A stretch of DNA of 64,000 bases, from contig OZ243961.1 of the NCBI GenBank assembly GCA_965214605.1, forward strand, positions 1,952,001 to 2,016,000, read 5' to 3'. This document shows positions 1 to 10,319 of this stretch, in pieces. Made by a program: the position numbers and the translations under genes. Under the pieces are notes generated by a model. It worked only from the letters and a program-made list of their open reading frames with translations, had not been told where the DNA came from and searched no databases. This DNA comes from an uncultured Candidatus Binatia bacterium (GTDB lineage Bacteria > Desulfobacterota > Binatia > Bin18). Each line of letters starts with the position of its first letter. The first letter of the stretch is position 1.

Positions 1-720
1 CCTGGAGACGTCCTCCCCCAATCTGAACGGTTTGAAAGACTCCACGAGTACGACACCCCGTTCATTACCACCTTTCTGGCCATCTATCTCGACAACAGAG
101 ACTATCTGGCTTGATACAACCCATGGGCCGAAAATTGCTATGGACACGTCCATCCGCATGTATACATCCGAAATGAGGCCGCACGGGCGGCTCTGCGGTC
201 ACTAGTGTCCTTGGTCTGCTGACCCTACCTACTCGCGCATGGCTTTTCTGAACGTGGTTGACGGCTTGGACGCTTCGCCAAAACCGACGGTTCTCATCCT
301 CCAGCAGAAATTTCCCCTCACTTGGCCAATTAAGGGAGGGCTGGCCCTCAGCATCATGACACCGGCAACGCCGGCGGTCGGCTGTCTCGGTGTTATCTCC
401 GACGGGCCGCCGCGTGACATTGATGCCATCCGCCCGCTGGAGACTGAGCGAGGTGAACGTCAGAGCCGGAACAATGGCCGTGCAGACGGTCAACGTCCTA
501 GCCAGCGTCACCGACATGGACATGGCTCCAGCTGAGCCGCTCCAGAGTTAGGGATGAGAACGGGCCGCGCAAGCTTCCGGCCGACCCCCCCCCCGGCCGC
601 CGTCCTGACCAAGGTCCGTGCGCTACTGGCTGAGGAGGGCCTTCGTATCGCGGCTCTACAGAAAGCCATAAACTCGGCCGAAGGCCGAGCTGCTTTCGTC
701 AACCAGAGCTATGCCTCGGA
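1..720 (+). pseudogene. RraA/HMG-aldolase-family pseudogene (frameshifts and stops; 5' end may lie outside window)
   Basis: Fragments in different frames: LHEYDTP, YNPWAEN, DASPKPTVLILQQKFP, GCLGVISDGPPRDIDAIRP (RraA-type G..G.v.dG..RD motif), AVLTKVRALLAEE. No continuous ORF. Confidence 0.65.
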
Positions 721-808
721 TAAAAACCCGCGCCCATAGCGGGGTCTTCCGTGTGCCATTGGTGAACGCTATACAAGGCATACACGCCGGGGAAAGGAGG
801 GACCCCTT

Positions 809-2056
809 ATGCTGAATCCTTACCGGGTTCTTGACCTGACAACTGAGCGGGGCTTGCTGTGCGGCCAGATTCTGGGTGACCTGGGTGCCGATGTGATTAA
901 AGTCGAGCCCCCGGGCGGCTCACCTGCCCGTCACCTTGGACCGTTTTATCAGGACCGGCCGGATCCAAACACATCCCTGTTGTGGTGGGCCTATAACCGC
1001 AACAAACGCAGTATAACGCTGGATATCACAACGGCCGAAGGCAAGGATATTCTGCGCCGTTTGGTCAAAAGCGCCCACTTTTTTATCGAATCTGACATGC
1101 CCGGCACGTTGGCAGAGCTCGGCCTGGGCTACTCCGAGCTGGCAGCCGACAATGCCCGCCTGATTTATGTTTCGATCACCCCCTTCGGCCAGGACGGCCC
1201 CAAGGCTAGCTATGCCGACAGCGATTTGGTTATCCTGGCGGCCGGCGGTCCGCTGATTCTGACCGGTGACGATGACCGGCCTCCGGTCCGACTCAGCGTG
1301 CCTCAGGCGTATCCTCACGCCAGCGCTGCCGCAGCCGCGGCGGCCATGATTGCTCTGTACGAATCCCTGCACTCCGGTCAGGGACAGCACCTCGATATCT
1401 CAGCCCAACAGGCGGTTGCCCAGGCTACTCAGTCGACTCTGCTGGCAGCTCCCTTAGGTGATGCCGACTCGCGGCGTATGGCGGGCGGGGCGAAGCTCGG
1501 CAACATTCCGATCCGCCTCATTTGGCCTGCCAAGGACGGCCATGTAGCGATTACCTACCTGTTTGGCTCGGCCATCGCCCATTTTACCCAGCGCTTCATG
1601 AACTGGATCTGTGAAGAGGGCTTTTGCGATGAAGCCACCCGCGATAAAGATTGGGTTGGCTACGGTAGCTATCTGTTCAGCGGCAGCCAAGAGGCGATTG
1701 ACGACTATATCGGCCTGACTAAGCTGGTAGAACGATTCACCACCAGCAAAACCAAGGCCGAGTTGTTAGAAGGCGCGCTCGCCCGCGGCCTGTTGATCGC
1801 ACCTATCACCACGACCGAAGAAGTTGTCCACAGCCCGCAACTTGTTGCACGCGAATACTGGCAGACGCTGGATCATCCAGAGCTGGGGCAGAGCTTCAGC
1901 TACCCAGGGCCGTTTGCCAAGTTCAGCGCCTCTCCGATTACCTACCGACGTCGTCCGCCAACGGTGGGCGAACATAACACCGAGATATATCTCGACGAAT
2001 TGGGCTTCAGTCAGCAGCAGCTGGCTGACCTCACCACACGGGGGATTATCACATGA
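809..2056 (+). CDS. Class III CoA-transferase (CaiB/BaiF family), probable non-catalytic subunit
   Basis: RVLDLT...LGDLGADVIKVEPPGG and NRNKRSITLD motifs; GGAGG RBS; stop overlaps next start (ATGA). Confidence 0.93.
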   Translation: MLNPYRVLDLTTERGLLCGQILGDLGADVIKVEPPGGSPARHLGPFYQDRPDPNTSLLWWAYNRNKRSITLDITTAEGKDILRRLVKSAHFFIESDMPGTLAELGLGYSELAADNARLIYVSITPFGQDGPKASYADSDLVILAAGGPLILTGDDDRPPVRLSVPQAYPHASAAAAAAAMIALYESLHSGQGQHLDISAQQAVAQATQSTLLAAPLGDADSRRMAGGAKLGNIPIRLIWPAKDGHVAITYLFGSAIAHFTQRFMNWICEEGFCDEATRDKDWVGYGSYLFSGSQEAIDDYIGLTKLVERFTTSKTKAELLEGALARGLLIAPITTTEEVVHSPQLVAREYWQTLDHPELGQSFSYPGPFAKFSASPITYRRRPPTVGEHNTEIYLDELGFSQQQLADLTTRGIIT

Positions 2057-3270
2057 CACGCACCGATGCACTGGCCGGGGTCAACATCTTAGACTTCATG
2101 TGGGCGATCGCCGGGCCGGCCTCGACGCGCATTTTAGCCGATTACGGCGCGACGGTCGTGCGGGTCGAGAGTACCACCCGCTTTGACGCGGTACGGACTG
2201 TCGGGCCGTTTCAGAGAGGCAAACCGGGCCTTGAAAACGCCGGCCTGTTCTACAACATGAACGCTGGAAAGCTGCCGATTACCCTGGATTTATCCAAGGA
2301 CGCCGCCCGCGAGGTCGTTCTCGACCTTGTCCGTTGGGCCGATGTGGTAACCGAATCCTTCTCTCCCAAGACCATGAAAGCCTGGGGCTTTGACTATGAG
2401 TCTCTGCGTCACATCAAACCCGACATCATTATGCTGAGCACCTGTCTGATGGGACAGACCGGACCCAGGGCCAATTTTGCCGGTTTTGGCAATTTGGCAG
2501 CTGCCATCTCGGGTTTCTTTCATCCCACCGGCTGGCCAGACCGACCGCCAGCCGGCCCATTTGGAGCCTATACCGACTATATTGCGCCGTGGTACAACGC
2601 CACCGCCATCATGGCCGCCCTCACCCATAAACACCACACCGGCGAGGGGCAGCATATTGATCTGTCCCAGGCTGAAGCCGCGCTGCAGTTTCTCGGTCCC
2701 GCCCTCCTGGATTATACCGCCAATGGGCGTATCGAGGGGCCGGCTGGCAACAGCGACCAGAACTTTGCCCCGCACGGCGTCTACCCTGCGCGTGGCCAGG
2801 ATCGTTGGATAGCTATCGGGGTGAAAAACGATCAACAGTGGCAATCGCTGTGTATGGTCATTGGTCGTCCAGAGCTGACCACCGACGTCCGGTTTGCCAC
2901 CCGAACAGCACGGCTGGCCGGGCAGGACGAGTTAGACAGCCTGATTGTCGACTGGACCGCCCAGCACGATATGTTTGAGGCTGAGACCATCCTCCAGAAT
3001 CATAACGTACCGGCCAGTGCGCTGCGCAGCATCCGTGAGCTCTACAACGACCCCCAGCTCCGGCAGCGGCAACACTTCGTCGAGCTATCGCATCCCAAAC
3101 ATGGCACCACTACTGTAGAGGGCTCGCGCTTCAAATTTTCCCGCACCCCGGCCCGCGTGGAGGGCGCTGCACCAACTCTCGGTCGCGAAAACTCGTACGT
3201 ACTAGAAACAATTCTGGGCTACGACCAGAAACGGATTACCGAACTCGTCGCAATCGGTGTGTTGGAGTAG
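2053..3270 (+). CDS. Class III CoA-transferase (CaiB/BaiF family)
   Basis: LAGVNILDF, AGP, LADYGATVVRVE, NAGKLPITLDL; likely catalytic Asp in GAYTDY; GEGQHIDLSQ. Confidence 0.93.
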   Translation: MTRTDALAGVNILDFMWAIAGPASTRILADYGATVVRVESTTRFDAVRTVGPFQRGKPGLENAGLFYNMNAGKLPITLDLSKDAAREVVLDLVRWADVVTESFSPKTMKAWGFDYESLRHIKPDIIMLSTCLMGQTGPRANFAGFGNLAAAISGFFHPTGWPDRPPAGPFGAYTDYIAPWYNATAIMAALTHKHHTGEGQHIDLSQAEAALQFLGPALLDYTANGRIEGPAGNSDQNFAPHGVYPARGQDRWIAIGVKNDQQWQSLCMVIGRPELTTDVRFATRTARLAGQDELDSLIVDWTAQHDMFEAETILQNHNVPASALRSIRELYNDPQLRQRQHFVELSHPKHGTTTVEGSRFKFSRTPARVEGAAPTLGRENSYVLETILGYDQKRITELVAIGVLE

Positions 3271-3330
3271 ACTGAGCATCCGCGTTGCGACACAGGACAA
3301 GACATTTCAGGAAAGACAAGGAGACCACCC

Positions 3331-4701
3331 ATGGGCTATGCCGCTCCACCAACCGACCTGCCCCGCTGCCCAGGCCCCTCGATGCAAGACATTCTCAGAG
3401 CCGACGCCGAACCTGTGCTATCGGTTCTCCAAGAACAGGGCTTTCTTGAGCTGGGAGACGCCGAGTTGCCCGTTGAGCGCTACACCTCGCAAGAATTCCA
3501 CAAGCGTGAAATACACAAGATGTGGCGCAAAGTCTGGCAGATGGCGTGCCGCTTAGAACAGATTCCTCAGACCGGCGACCATTGTGTATATGAAATCGGT
3601 GACGATAGCCTCATCGTCACCCGCGTCAGCCAGACCGAAATCAAAGCCTTCTACAACGCCTGTCTCCATCGCGGCACCCGGCTTCGTGACAAAGGCGGTT
3701 GTGTCCAAGCCTTTCGGTGTCCATTCCACGGGTTTACCTGGGGTCTGGATGGCAGACTCAAAGGCGTGCCGTGCCGCTGGGATTTTCCGACCATCAAAGA
3801 CGACGAATTCCGCTTACCCGAGGCCAAGGTGGCGGTCTGGAACGGCTTTGTCTTTATCAATATGGACCCCGACGCGATCCCGCTCATCGACTACCTCGGA
3901 GACGTGGCCCGACATTTCAGCCACTGGCCCCTGGAGGACCGTTACCTGGAGGCGCATGTCGGCAAAATCGTCAGAGCCAACTGGAAAGTCGCGCAAGAAG
4001 CGTTTATGGAAGCGTTTCACGTTCTTGATACCCATCCCGAGATCGGCTCGAGTCTGGGCGACTGGAACGCCCAGTACGATGTCTACCCCGGCGGCCATAG
4101 CCGTTTGTACAACGCTATGTATGTGCCTAGCCCGAGTGCCCGGCGGCGCGGCGTGTCCGAGCAGGAAGTCGCCGATGAAGGCACGACCATGCTAGGCTTC
4201 GATAGGGTCACCGTATCCGAGGGAGCAAGCGCCCGGGCAGCCATTACTGACCAGTATCGTCATGTCTTAGAGCAAAAGACCGGGGCCGATCTGTCGGGTA
4301 TGACAACAACGGAGATGGTGGACCTGATCCAGTACTTCGTGTTCCCCAACTTTTTTCCATGGGCTGGTCTGGGCGGGCCATTGGTGTACCGCTTCCGGCC
4401 TAACGGGCACGATCCAGACTCGTGCCTGATGGAGGTCATGCTGCTCTACCCCCGCCCGAACAACAGGGCGTGTCCGCCGCCGGCTCAACTGCGGATGCTC
4501 GGTCCGAATGAATCCTGGTCCGACGCACCCGAGCTGGGTACCCTAGGCTCGATCTTCGACCAGGACACGGCCAATATGCCGCGTGTCCAGGCCGGGCTCA
4601 AAACCACCCGTCGCTCAGGCGTTGTCCTGGGCCATTATCAGGAGAGCCGGATTCGGTATATGCACCACGTATTGGATCAATATTTGAACGCGGCAGACTA
4701 A
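3331..4701 (+). CDS. Rieske aromatic ring-hydroxylating oxygenase alpha subunit
   Basis: Rieske ligands NACLHRG...CPFHG; mononuclear Fe motif NWK...EAFHVLDTHP; C-terminal FDQD. Confidence 0.93.
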   Translation: MGYAAPPTDLPRCPGPSMQDILRADAEPVLSVLQEQGFLELGDAELPVERYTSQEFHKREIHKMWRKVWQMACRLEQIPQTGDHCVYEIGDDSLIVTRVSQTEIKAFYNACLHRGTRLRDKGGCVQAFRCPFHGFTWGLDGRLKGVPCRWDFPTIKDDEFRLPEAKVAVWNGFVFINMDPDAIPLIDYLGDVARHFSHWPLEDRYLEAHVGKIVRANWKVAQEAFMEAFHVLDTHPEIGSSLGDWNAQYDVYPGGHSRLYNAMYVPSPSARRRGVSEQEVADEGTTMLGFDRVTVSEGASARAAITDQYRHVLEQKTGADLSGMTTTEMVDLIQYFVFPNFFPWAGLGGPLVYRFRPNGHDPDSCLMEVMLLYPRPNNRACPPPAQLRMLGPNESWSDAPELGTLGSIFDQDTANMPRVQAGLKTTRRSGVVLGHYQESRIRYMHHVLDQYLNAAD

Positions 4702-5725
4702 ATTGGGCAGGCCAGTCTTTCAGGGTCGGTTGTGGAAAACGGTAGCGCTTTCTGTGAGGAGCCAACGCGGTAAGGCCAATGACAATTTTCCGGGGGACCT
4801 ATCTCTCGCCCGGATACCTCTCTACCGTTTTCGAGCCGCTGGAAGATCTGTGTCAATTCGCAGCAGGCGCCGTTGCAGGCGCCGTTACTGTTGATTTTCC
4901 CGCCCAATTCACTCCCCCAAGGGCAGAGTATCTGCAAAGGTGTGAATTGACACGGAGGGCCTGAAGGCCAGCATTGGGAATCGTCAGGCAGGCGAGCGCA
5001 TGACTCTTCTGGTTCCACAACAGACCAAGTCGCCTGCCCAGATTATTGATCCTGAAGTGAAAAGCTGAGGATAGAGTTCAGATCCTCTCCCCCCCAGCTC
5101 ACCGGTCTAGCGATACAGATAGGACCGATTCAGGCTAGCGTGGTTCTGTTCGACAATTCTGGTCGCGGCGTCAAAGTCTCGCTCCCGACCAACCTGAAGT
5201 TTCACAGGTCCTCCGGGGCGAAGAACCATAAAGAGAGACCCGGCAAAGGTCTCCTGACAGCGGCGCATCGCGTTGCGATCATCGACATCGCGGAGACGGA
5301 GAAAGTCCACGTGCAGATTTTCCATTCAACAGCGAACCTTCAGACCACGCAGAAGCGGGTTCAGGTCAAGAAACCAAGGCTGAGGCTAGAGGCCTTTTGT
5401 CCCCAGGCCGATCAAATGGTGAAAAGAGCGCCTCGGATGCTGGTGTTCAAACCGGGTGCGTTCACACAGGGAGCGTGTCCTGCGCAGTCTCAAATTTTGC
5501 GCTGCGGGGCTTCCGGATACCGACGCCGAAACGACTATTCAAACGCCTCGAGCCCTCCGACGATCAGCGTCGTAAGCAACTCGTCCTGTTCCGCGGACCG
5601 AGGTGGAATTTGAGCGTGCCGGGTTTTCTGTGTGAGCGTACTTTGCACCAGAGTGCGGCCCACCCCCTTGCTATCAGCAGATATCAAAAAAACACCTCCA
5701 GAGCAGATCTTTCGTGCGGAGCCGG

Positions 5726-5819
5726 TGAGCGCTGGACCTCATATCACAAGCCGACGTACCGCTCCTGATTCCAGGCATCAACCTGGTGGCGCTCACCTCT
5801 GAGCGCTGGACCTCATATC
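5726..5819. repeat. 20-bp exact direct repeat TGAGCGCTGGACCTCATATC (5726-5745, 5800-5819) with a partial inverted copy between
   Basis: Read directly; GGTGAGCGC (5724-5732) pairs with GCGCTCACC (5789-5797). Confidence 0.85.
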
Positions 5820-6029
5820 GCGCCGAGATTCTAGCACCTGCTAGGGGGGGCGTGGTTGATGGAGCCAACTTACTGGCAGGTGATGATTGTGGAGGTAATC
5901 ATCCCCGAAGAGATTGAGACCGCGGTGAAGTTGAGATACCCACTTCCTGGAGGGTGCTGCGGCGGGCATAGCATTCGCCAAGAGTGGGTTACACCTGAGT
6001 ACACCAGCAATGAAGTGAAACGTGAGAGG

Positions 6030-6560
6030 ATGATCTGATGCTGCACCGGAACGTTCACGCCATGTGGCTAGGCGGAAGCTTTACTCGTGGCGAGGACGAC
6101 CCGCCGTAGCAGTGTGGATATGCAGGTTGTGGTCACCCTGGACGATCCTGAGGACTGGCAGGAGTCCGACTGACCCAATCTACTCGGGGAAGCCAAGGGT
6201 GGCCGCTGCGCTTCGCCGAGGCACCCTTATCTGTATCATGTGATCCTCAGCGGAGGAACGATTATTGACTTTTTTGTCCAAACATTAGCCCCTCCTCTAT
6301 CCAGCCAGATACGCCCAGTTCATCATCAACAGCTGTGATGATGCGGCACTGGCCAATCGTATCCGAGCGGCAACCTGGCCCGAGCTATCAGACCTGCTGG
6401 AGGCTAACTCAAAGCCGCAATCGAAGAATTCTGGAGCATCTTTCATAAGCACGACAAAGTCCTGTCTCGCAAACCCGACGTGCGGGCATTGGTCGGCGTA
6501 GAGTTCGAGAGAGTGCTGCTGACGCGCCTATGGCAGGCCTGGCTGACCGGCACCCGGGTA
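6030..6560 (+). pseudogene. Possible nucleotidyltransferase-fold gene remnant
   Basis: Fragment VHAMWLGGSFTRGEDD...SVDMQVVV resembles the GS-x(n)-DxD Pol-beta NTase motif; interrupted by stops; boundaries approximate. Confidence 0.35.
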
Positions 6561-6808
6561 AACACAAGGCAACGATTCACCTGTTCGGCCCCGCTGCCCG
6601 CAAGCCCAGAGCGCTCCCAAAGCGGTGTCTGCTTTTAGCGCTTCTCTAGCCCTCCGCCAGAATATTCGTAAGATGGATTCGTCTGGTCCGAGCGGCTTTA
6701 CCTATATCGGGGAATGAGAACGAGCCGTTTGGCAATCCTGGGCGGCGGGTGGGGTCCTGCTGGGCATCGTGGATCAGACGGAGTAGTATGGCCTCAAAGG
6801 AGCAACCC

Positions 6809-7246
6809 ATGGCAAAGATCAGACATATTGCAATTGCGACCCAAAATGCTAAGGAGACGGCCAAGTTTTATGTTGAGGCGTTTGGCCTGACCCAGATCTC
6901 CAAGATCGAGACTCCTGTTGTATCAGGCGCTTTTCTGACCGATGGGACGATAAATCTGGCGATTCTTGATTTCAAGAACGATCAGATCGCCGGCGCTGAG
7001 CGAGGCAAAGACTGGACTGGCATCCACCACATCGGCTTTGAGGTCGAAAACTTGGAAGAGATCGCTCAGAAACTAGCCACAGCCGGGAGTACGCCCCGCG
7101 AGGACATCAATCAGGTGCTGGGGGGGCTAGCGAGTGGCCGCCGCGGCAACGCTGAGGTGAGGTATAGCGGCCCGGACGGGGTGATGTTTGACGTGTCACA
7201 GACCGGCTGGGTTGGCACCGACCGTCGTCACACAAAGCAATCCTAA
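6809..7246 (+). CDS. VOC/glyoxalase family protein
   Basis: MAKIRHIAIAT...FYVEAFGL...GIHHIGFEV...GPDGVMFDV; AAGGAG RBS before ATG 6809. Confidence 0.9.
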   Translation: MAKIRHIAIATQNAKETAKFYVEAFGLTQISKIETPVVSGAFLTDGTINLAILDFKNDQIAGAERGKDWTGIHHIGFEVENLEEIAQKLATAGSTPREDINQVLGGLASGRRGNAEVRYSGPDGVMFDVSQTGWVGTDRRHTKQS

Positions 7247-7277
7247 GCAGTCTGGTTATATTAAGGGAGAAGTGTAT

Positions 7278-8123
7278 ATGAACAGCTCTCAGATCGGAGT
7301 GGTGAAAGACTTATTTCGCTATCCAGTAAAATCTATGCTGGGGGAGCGGCTTAGCGAGCTTGACATCGGCACCGCGGGAGTGATTGGAGACCGCGCCTAC
7401 GCTTTGCGCGAGGCCAACGGCCGGGTGGTCACGGCCAAGAAATGGGCCCAGATGTTTGAGTTCTCGGCCCGCTATGAGACCCCACCCACAGCGGCAGACT
7501 TGGCTCCGCTCAGCATCCGCCTGCCGGACGGACGCCAAGTACAGGCCCAGGATCCCGACGCATCGGCCGTGCTGTCGGACGCCCTGGGACGCCAGGTCAT
7601 GCTTGAACGAGCGCAGAGCGAGCAACGCAATAAGGCAGAGATCGATCCGGCGACTATCTTTGGCGGCGTGCCACTTGAGCGGGCTGCCCCCGACTTGGGC
7701 ACCACGGAGTTGCCCGACTTTTTTCCCCTCCCACCCGGGACCTTCTTTGACTCGGCCAGCATTCATATCTTGGCCAGCAGCACCCTAGACCATGTGCGCG
7801 CACTAATTGGCGACGATGCACAGCTTGACGCGCGCCGTTTTCGGCCCAATATCGTTGTTGAGTCCGCTCCCGGACAAGAAGGCTTTGTTGAGGACAGCTG
7901 GCTTGAGGGGAGCCTTGAGATCGGCCAGCAGGTCAGGATCGTCCAGCTCCAGCCGGCCCTGCGGTGCGTGATGACGACCCACCAACAGGCTGAGCTTAGG
8001 CGTGACATGCGGATTCTACGCACGGTCGTTCAGCGGCATCGCAATAAGCTTGGCGTGTTTGCCGCCATTGATACTCCCGGTACAGTCCGGGCCGGCGATC
8101 CGGTTTTCCTGGTCAAAGACTAG
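7278..8123 (+). CDS. MOSC domain protein
   Basis: RYPVKSMLGE, GDRAYA, DARRFRPNIVV, conserved Cys in LRCVMT; GGGAG RBS before 7278. Confidence 0.92.
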   Translation: MNSSQIGVVKDLFRYPVKSMLGERLSELDIGTAGVIGDRAYALREANGRVVTAKKWAQMFEFSARYETPPTAADLAPLSIRLPDGRQVQAQDPDASAVLSDALGRQVMLERAQSEQRNKAEIDPATIFGGVPLERAAPDLGTTELPDFFPLPPGTFFDSASIHILASSTLDHVRALIGDDAQLDARRFRPNIVVESAPGQEGFVEDSWLEGSLEIGQQVRIVQLQPALRCVMTTHQQAELRRDMRILRTVVQRHRNKLGVFAAIDTPGTVRAGDPVFLVKD

Positions 8124-8137
8124 TCTGGCGCAATACT

Positions 8138-8893
8138 ATGGCGACCCATGACGAACCAAGCACTCAGGCCGAACAGATTCGACATGCCAAAATTGATCTG
8201 ACTGCAGCCCTACGCTGGGCGGATCGGCTGGGGCTCAGCGAAGGTATCTGCAATCACTTTAGTCTGGCCGTGCCCGGCACCACAAATCGCTTTTTGCTCA
8301 ACCCTCAGGGCGTACACTGGTCTGAGCTCCGGGTCAGCGACCTGCTTACCGTCGATTCGGCTGGCCATATCGTCGAAGGCCGCGGTCAGACCGAACCGAC
8401 CGCGTTTTTTATTCACTCCCGTATCCATCTCAGCCACCCGTCGGCTCAATGCGTGCTGCACACCCACATGCCCTATGCGGCCGCGCTGTGCGCGCTCAAC
8501 CGCGGCCGTGTTGAGTGGGTCAGCCAGCAGTCGCTCCGTTTCTACGGACGGGTGGCGTATGAACACGAGTACAACGGTCTTGCCCTAGACGAGGCCGAGG
8601 GACAACGGATCAGCACCAAGCTTACAAACAACAAAGTAGTCTTTCTGGCCAACCACGGCGTGATCGTTACCGGTCGGGACGTGGCGACCGCGTTTGACGA
8701 TTTGTACTATCTAGAGCGGGCGTGTATGATTCAGGTCCTGGCTCAGTCAACCGGCCTGCCGCTCAAACGCATCCCTCACGAGATCTGCCTACGCACCCGC
8801 CAGCAGTTCGACACCGAACGCAAACAGGCCCACTCGCATCTGGATTCCATCATCCGGATCTTAGCCCGCGAGACACCCGAGTTTTTAGAATAG
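8138..8893 (+). CDS. Class II aldolase/adducin family protein
   Basis: EGICNHFS, IHSRIH, CVLHTHMPY, LANHGVIV zinc-binding His motifs. Confidence 0.92.
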   Translation: MATHDEPSTQAEQIRHAKIDLTAALRWADRLGLSEGICNHFSLAVPGTTNRFLLNPQGVHWSELRVSDLLTVDSAGHIVEGRGQTEPTAFFIHSRIHLSHPSAQCVLHTHMPYAAALCALNRGRVEWVSQQSLRFYGRVAYEHEYNGLALDEAEGQRISTKLTNNKVVFLANHGVIVTGRDVATAFDDLYYLERACMIQVLAQSTGLPLKRIPHEICLRTRQQFDTERKQAHSHLDSIIRILARETPEFLE

Positions 8894-9069
8894 GGTCTCA
8901 CTATGCCTGCCATCACTTTTGGGACGACCCTGGGATCGTTTGGCGTCGGCCTGGTGTGAGGGCGGGGTTAACCTCGCGGCGCAGGGGCGGAGCCCCTGAT
9001 GAGCAGCACCTCATTTACCCACAGATTCTGCGGAAGACCCTGGATTCTTTTCAGTAGCCCATAGTCGCC

Positions 9070-10203
9070 TCAGCCAGTGCTCCTGATCGTTTCGTCTGAT
9101 TGTGGCTCAACAACTCCCGGTATATCCGTGAGGATATCCATCAACGGCCGATTGACGTAATAGTTGTAACGCCCGATCTTGTGTTTCTCGATGAAGCCCT
9201 TTTCCGTCAGCAGCTCCAGGTATTTGCCTGCGGTCAGGCGCGAGACGCGCAGGTCGGTCCGCACTGATTCGATCTTGGTGTAGGGGTGCCGGAACAGATT
9301 GTTGAGCAGGTCCTGGCTGTAGATCTTCGGCAGCTCCGTGCGGATGCAATGCTCGTAGGCCGTCATGGTTTCCTTGATCCGCTGGATGATCCGGATGGTC
9401 TGGCGCGAGGTGAACTCGACACCTTTCAGCATGTAGAGAAGCCAAGGCTCCCAGTCACCGGTGTCCCGCGTGGCCTGCAACAGGCGGTAGTAGTCCGCCT
9501 TGTGACGGATGACATAGCGGCTGAGATAAAGCACCGGGATATCGAGCAGCCCCTTGGCGACCAGGTAGAGGATATTGATGATGCGCCCGGTACGGCCGTT
9601 GCCGTCATAAAAGGGATGGATGCTCTCGAACTGGTGATGGATCACCGCCATCTTGATCAGGGGGTCGACGTCCCATAGTGCGTCGTCGTTGATGAACTGT
9701 TCCAGATTGTTCATCAGGCGCACGATCTCCCCATGATCCTGCGGCGGGGTGTAGACAGTCTCGTCGGTGCGCTCGTTCTTGAGCGCCGTGCCCGGTAGCT
9801 TGCGGATGCCGGCCTCGTTCTGTTCCAGCACCTGATTGATCTCGACGATCCGATTGGCGGTCAGCAGTCGGTCGCGTTTCACCTGCTCGAAGGCGGTCTT
9901 CAGGGCGGCTGCATACCGGCTGACCTCCTTGGCAGTCGGATTCTTTATGTAATCCGCGAACAGGTCGGTCTTGTAGAGATCATCGTGGGTGGTGATAATG
10001 TTCTCGATCTCGGAGCTGTCCTTGGCCTCCTGTAGAGCGAGGGTGTTGATCAGGATGCGCTCGTTGGGGATGGTAGCCGCCATGCCCTTGAGTTCGCCCA
10101 GATAGCGGTGGGCCGGGGCAAGGCTTTTCAGCACCGAACGGGATTCCAGTTTGGCAGTGGGTGGCAGCAGTGAGATGGTACCCTGGGTCGTCACGATATC
10201 CAC
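9070..10203 (-). CDS. Fic family protein (N-terminal inhibitory helix, probable C-terminal winged HTH)
   Basis: Canonical HPFYDGNGRTGR; SSEIEN inhibitory motif (S/T)xxxE(G/N); C-terminal VSRLTAGKYLELL helix. Confidence 0.93.
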   Translation of the reverse strand: MDIVTTQGTISLLPPTAKLESRSVLKSLAPAHRYLGELKGMAATIPNERILINTLALQEAKDSSEIENIITTHDDLYKTDLFADYIKNPTAKEVSRYAAALKTAFEQVKRDRLLTANRIVEINQVLEQNEAGIRKLPGTALKNERTDETVYTPPQDHGEIVRLMNNLEQFINDDALWDVDPLIKMAVIHHQFESIHPFYDGNGRTGRIINILYLVAKGLLDIPVLYLSRYVIRHKADYYRLLQATRDTGDWEPWLLYMLKGVEFTSRQTIRIIQRIKETMTAYEHCIRTELPKIYSQDLLNNLFRHPYTKIESVRTDLRVSRLTAGKYLELLTEKGFIEKHKIGRYNYYVNRPLMDILTDIPGVVEPQSDETIRSTG

Positions 10204-10213
10204 GTCAGCCCTA

Positions 10214-10318
10214 TGTGTATAGAAAATAGCTATTTTCTATACACAATTCTCCGTCATGTCAACAAATGTTTGTTTTCTATACATGAGTGGGTCCATATGT
10301 ATAGATTTCTACATATGG
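10214..10318. promoter_or_regulatory. AT-rich operator-like array upstream of the Fic gene
   Basis: Perfect 32-bp palindrome at 10214-10245; TGTATAGA/TCTATACA occurs four times (10216, 10236, 10276, 10298). Confidence 0.65.
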
Positions 10319-10319
10319 C

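Noticed and set aside
4863-4886. 12-bp tandem duplication GCAGGCGCCGTT
   Set aside because: Too short and isolated; consistent with simple slippage.
4703-5680. Short ORFs on both strands (e.g. 5107..5325 minus)
   Set aside because: May be a decayed gene, but I recognise no family motif; left unassigned.
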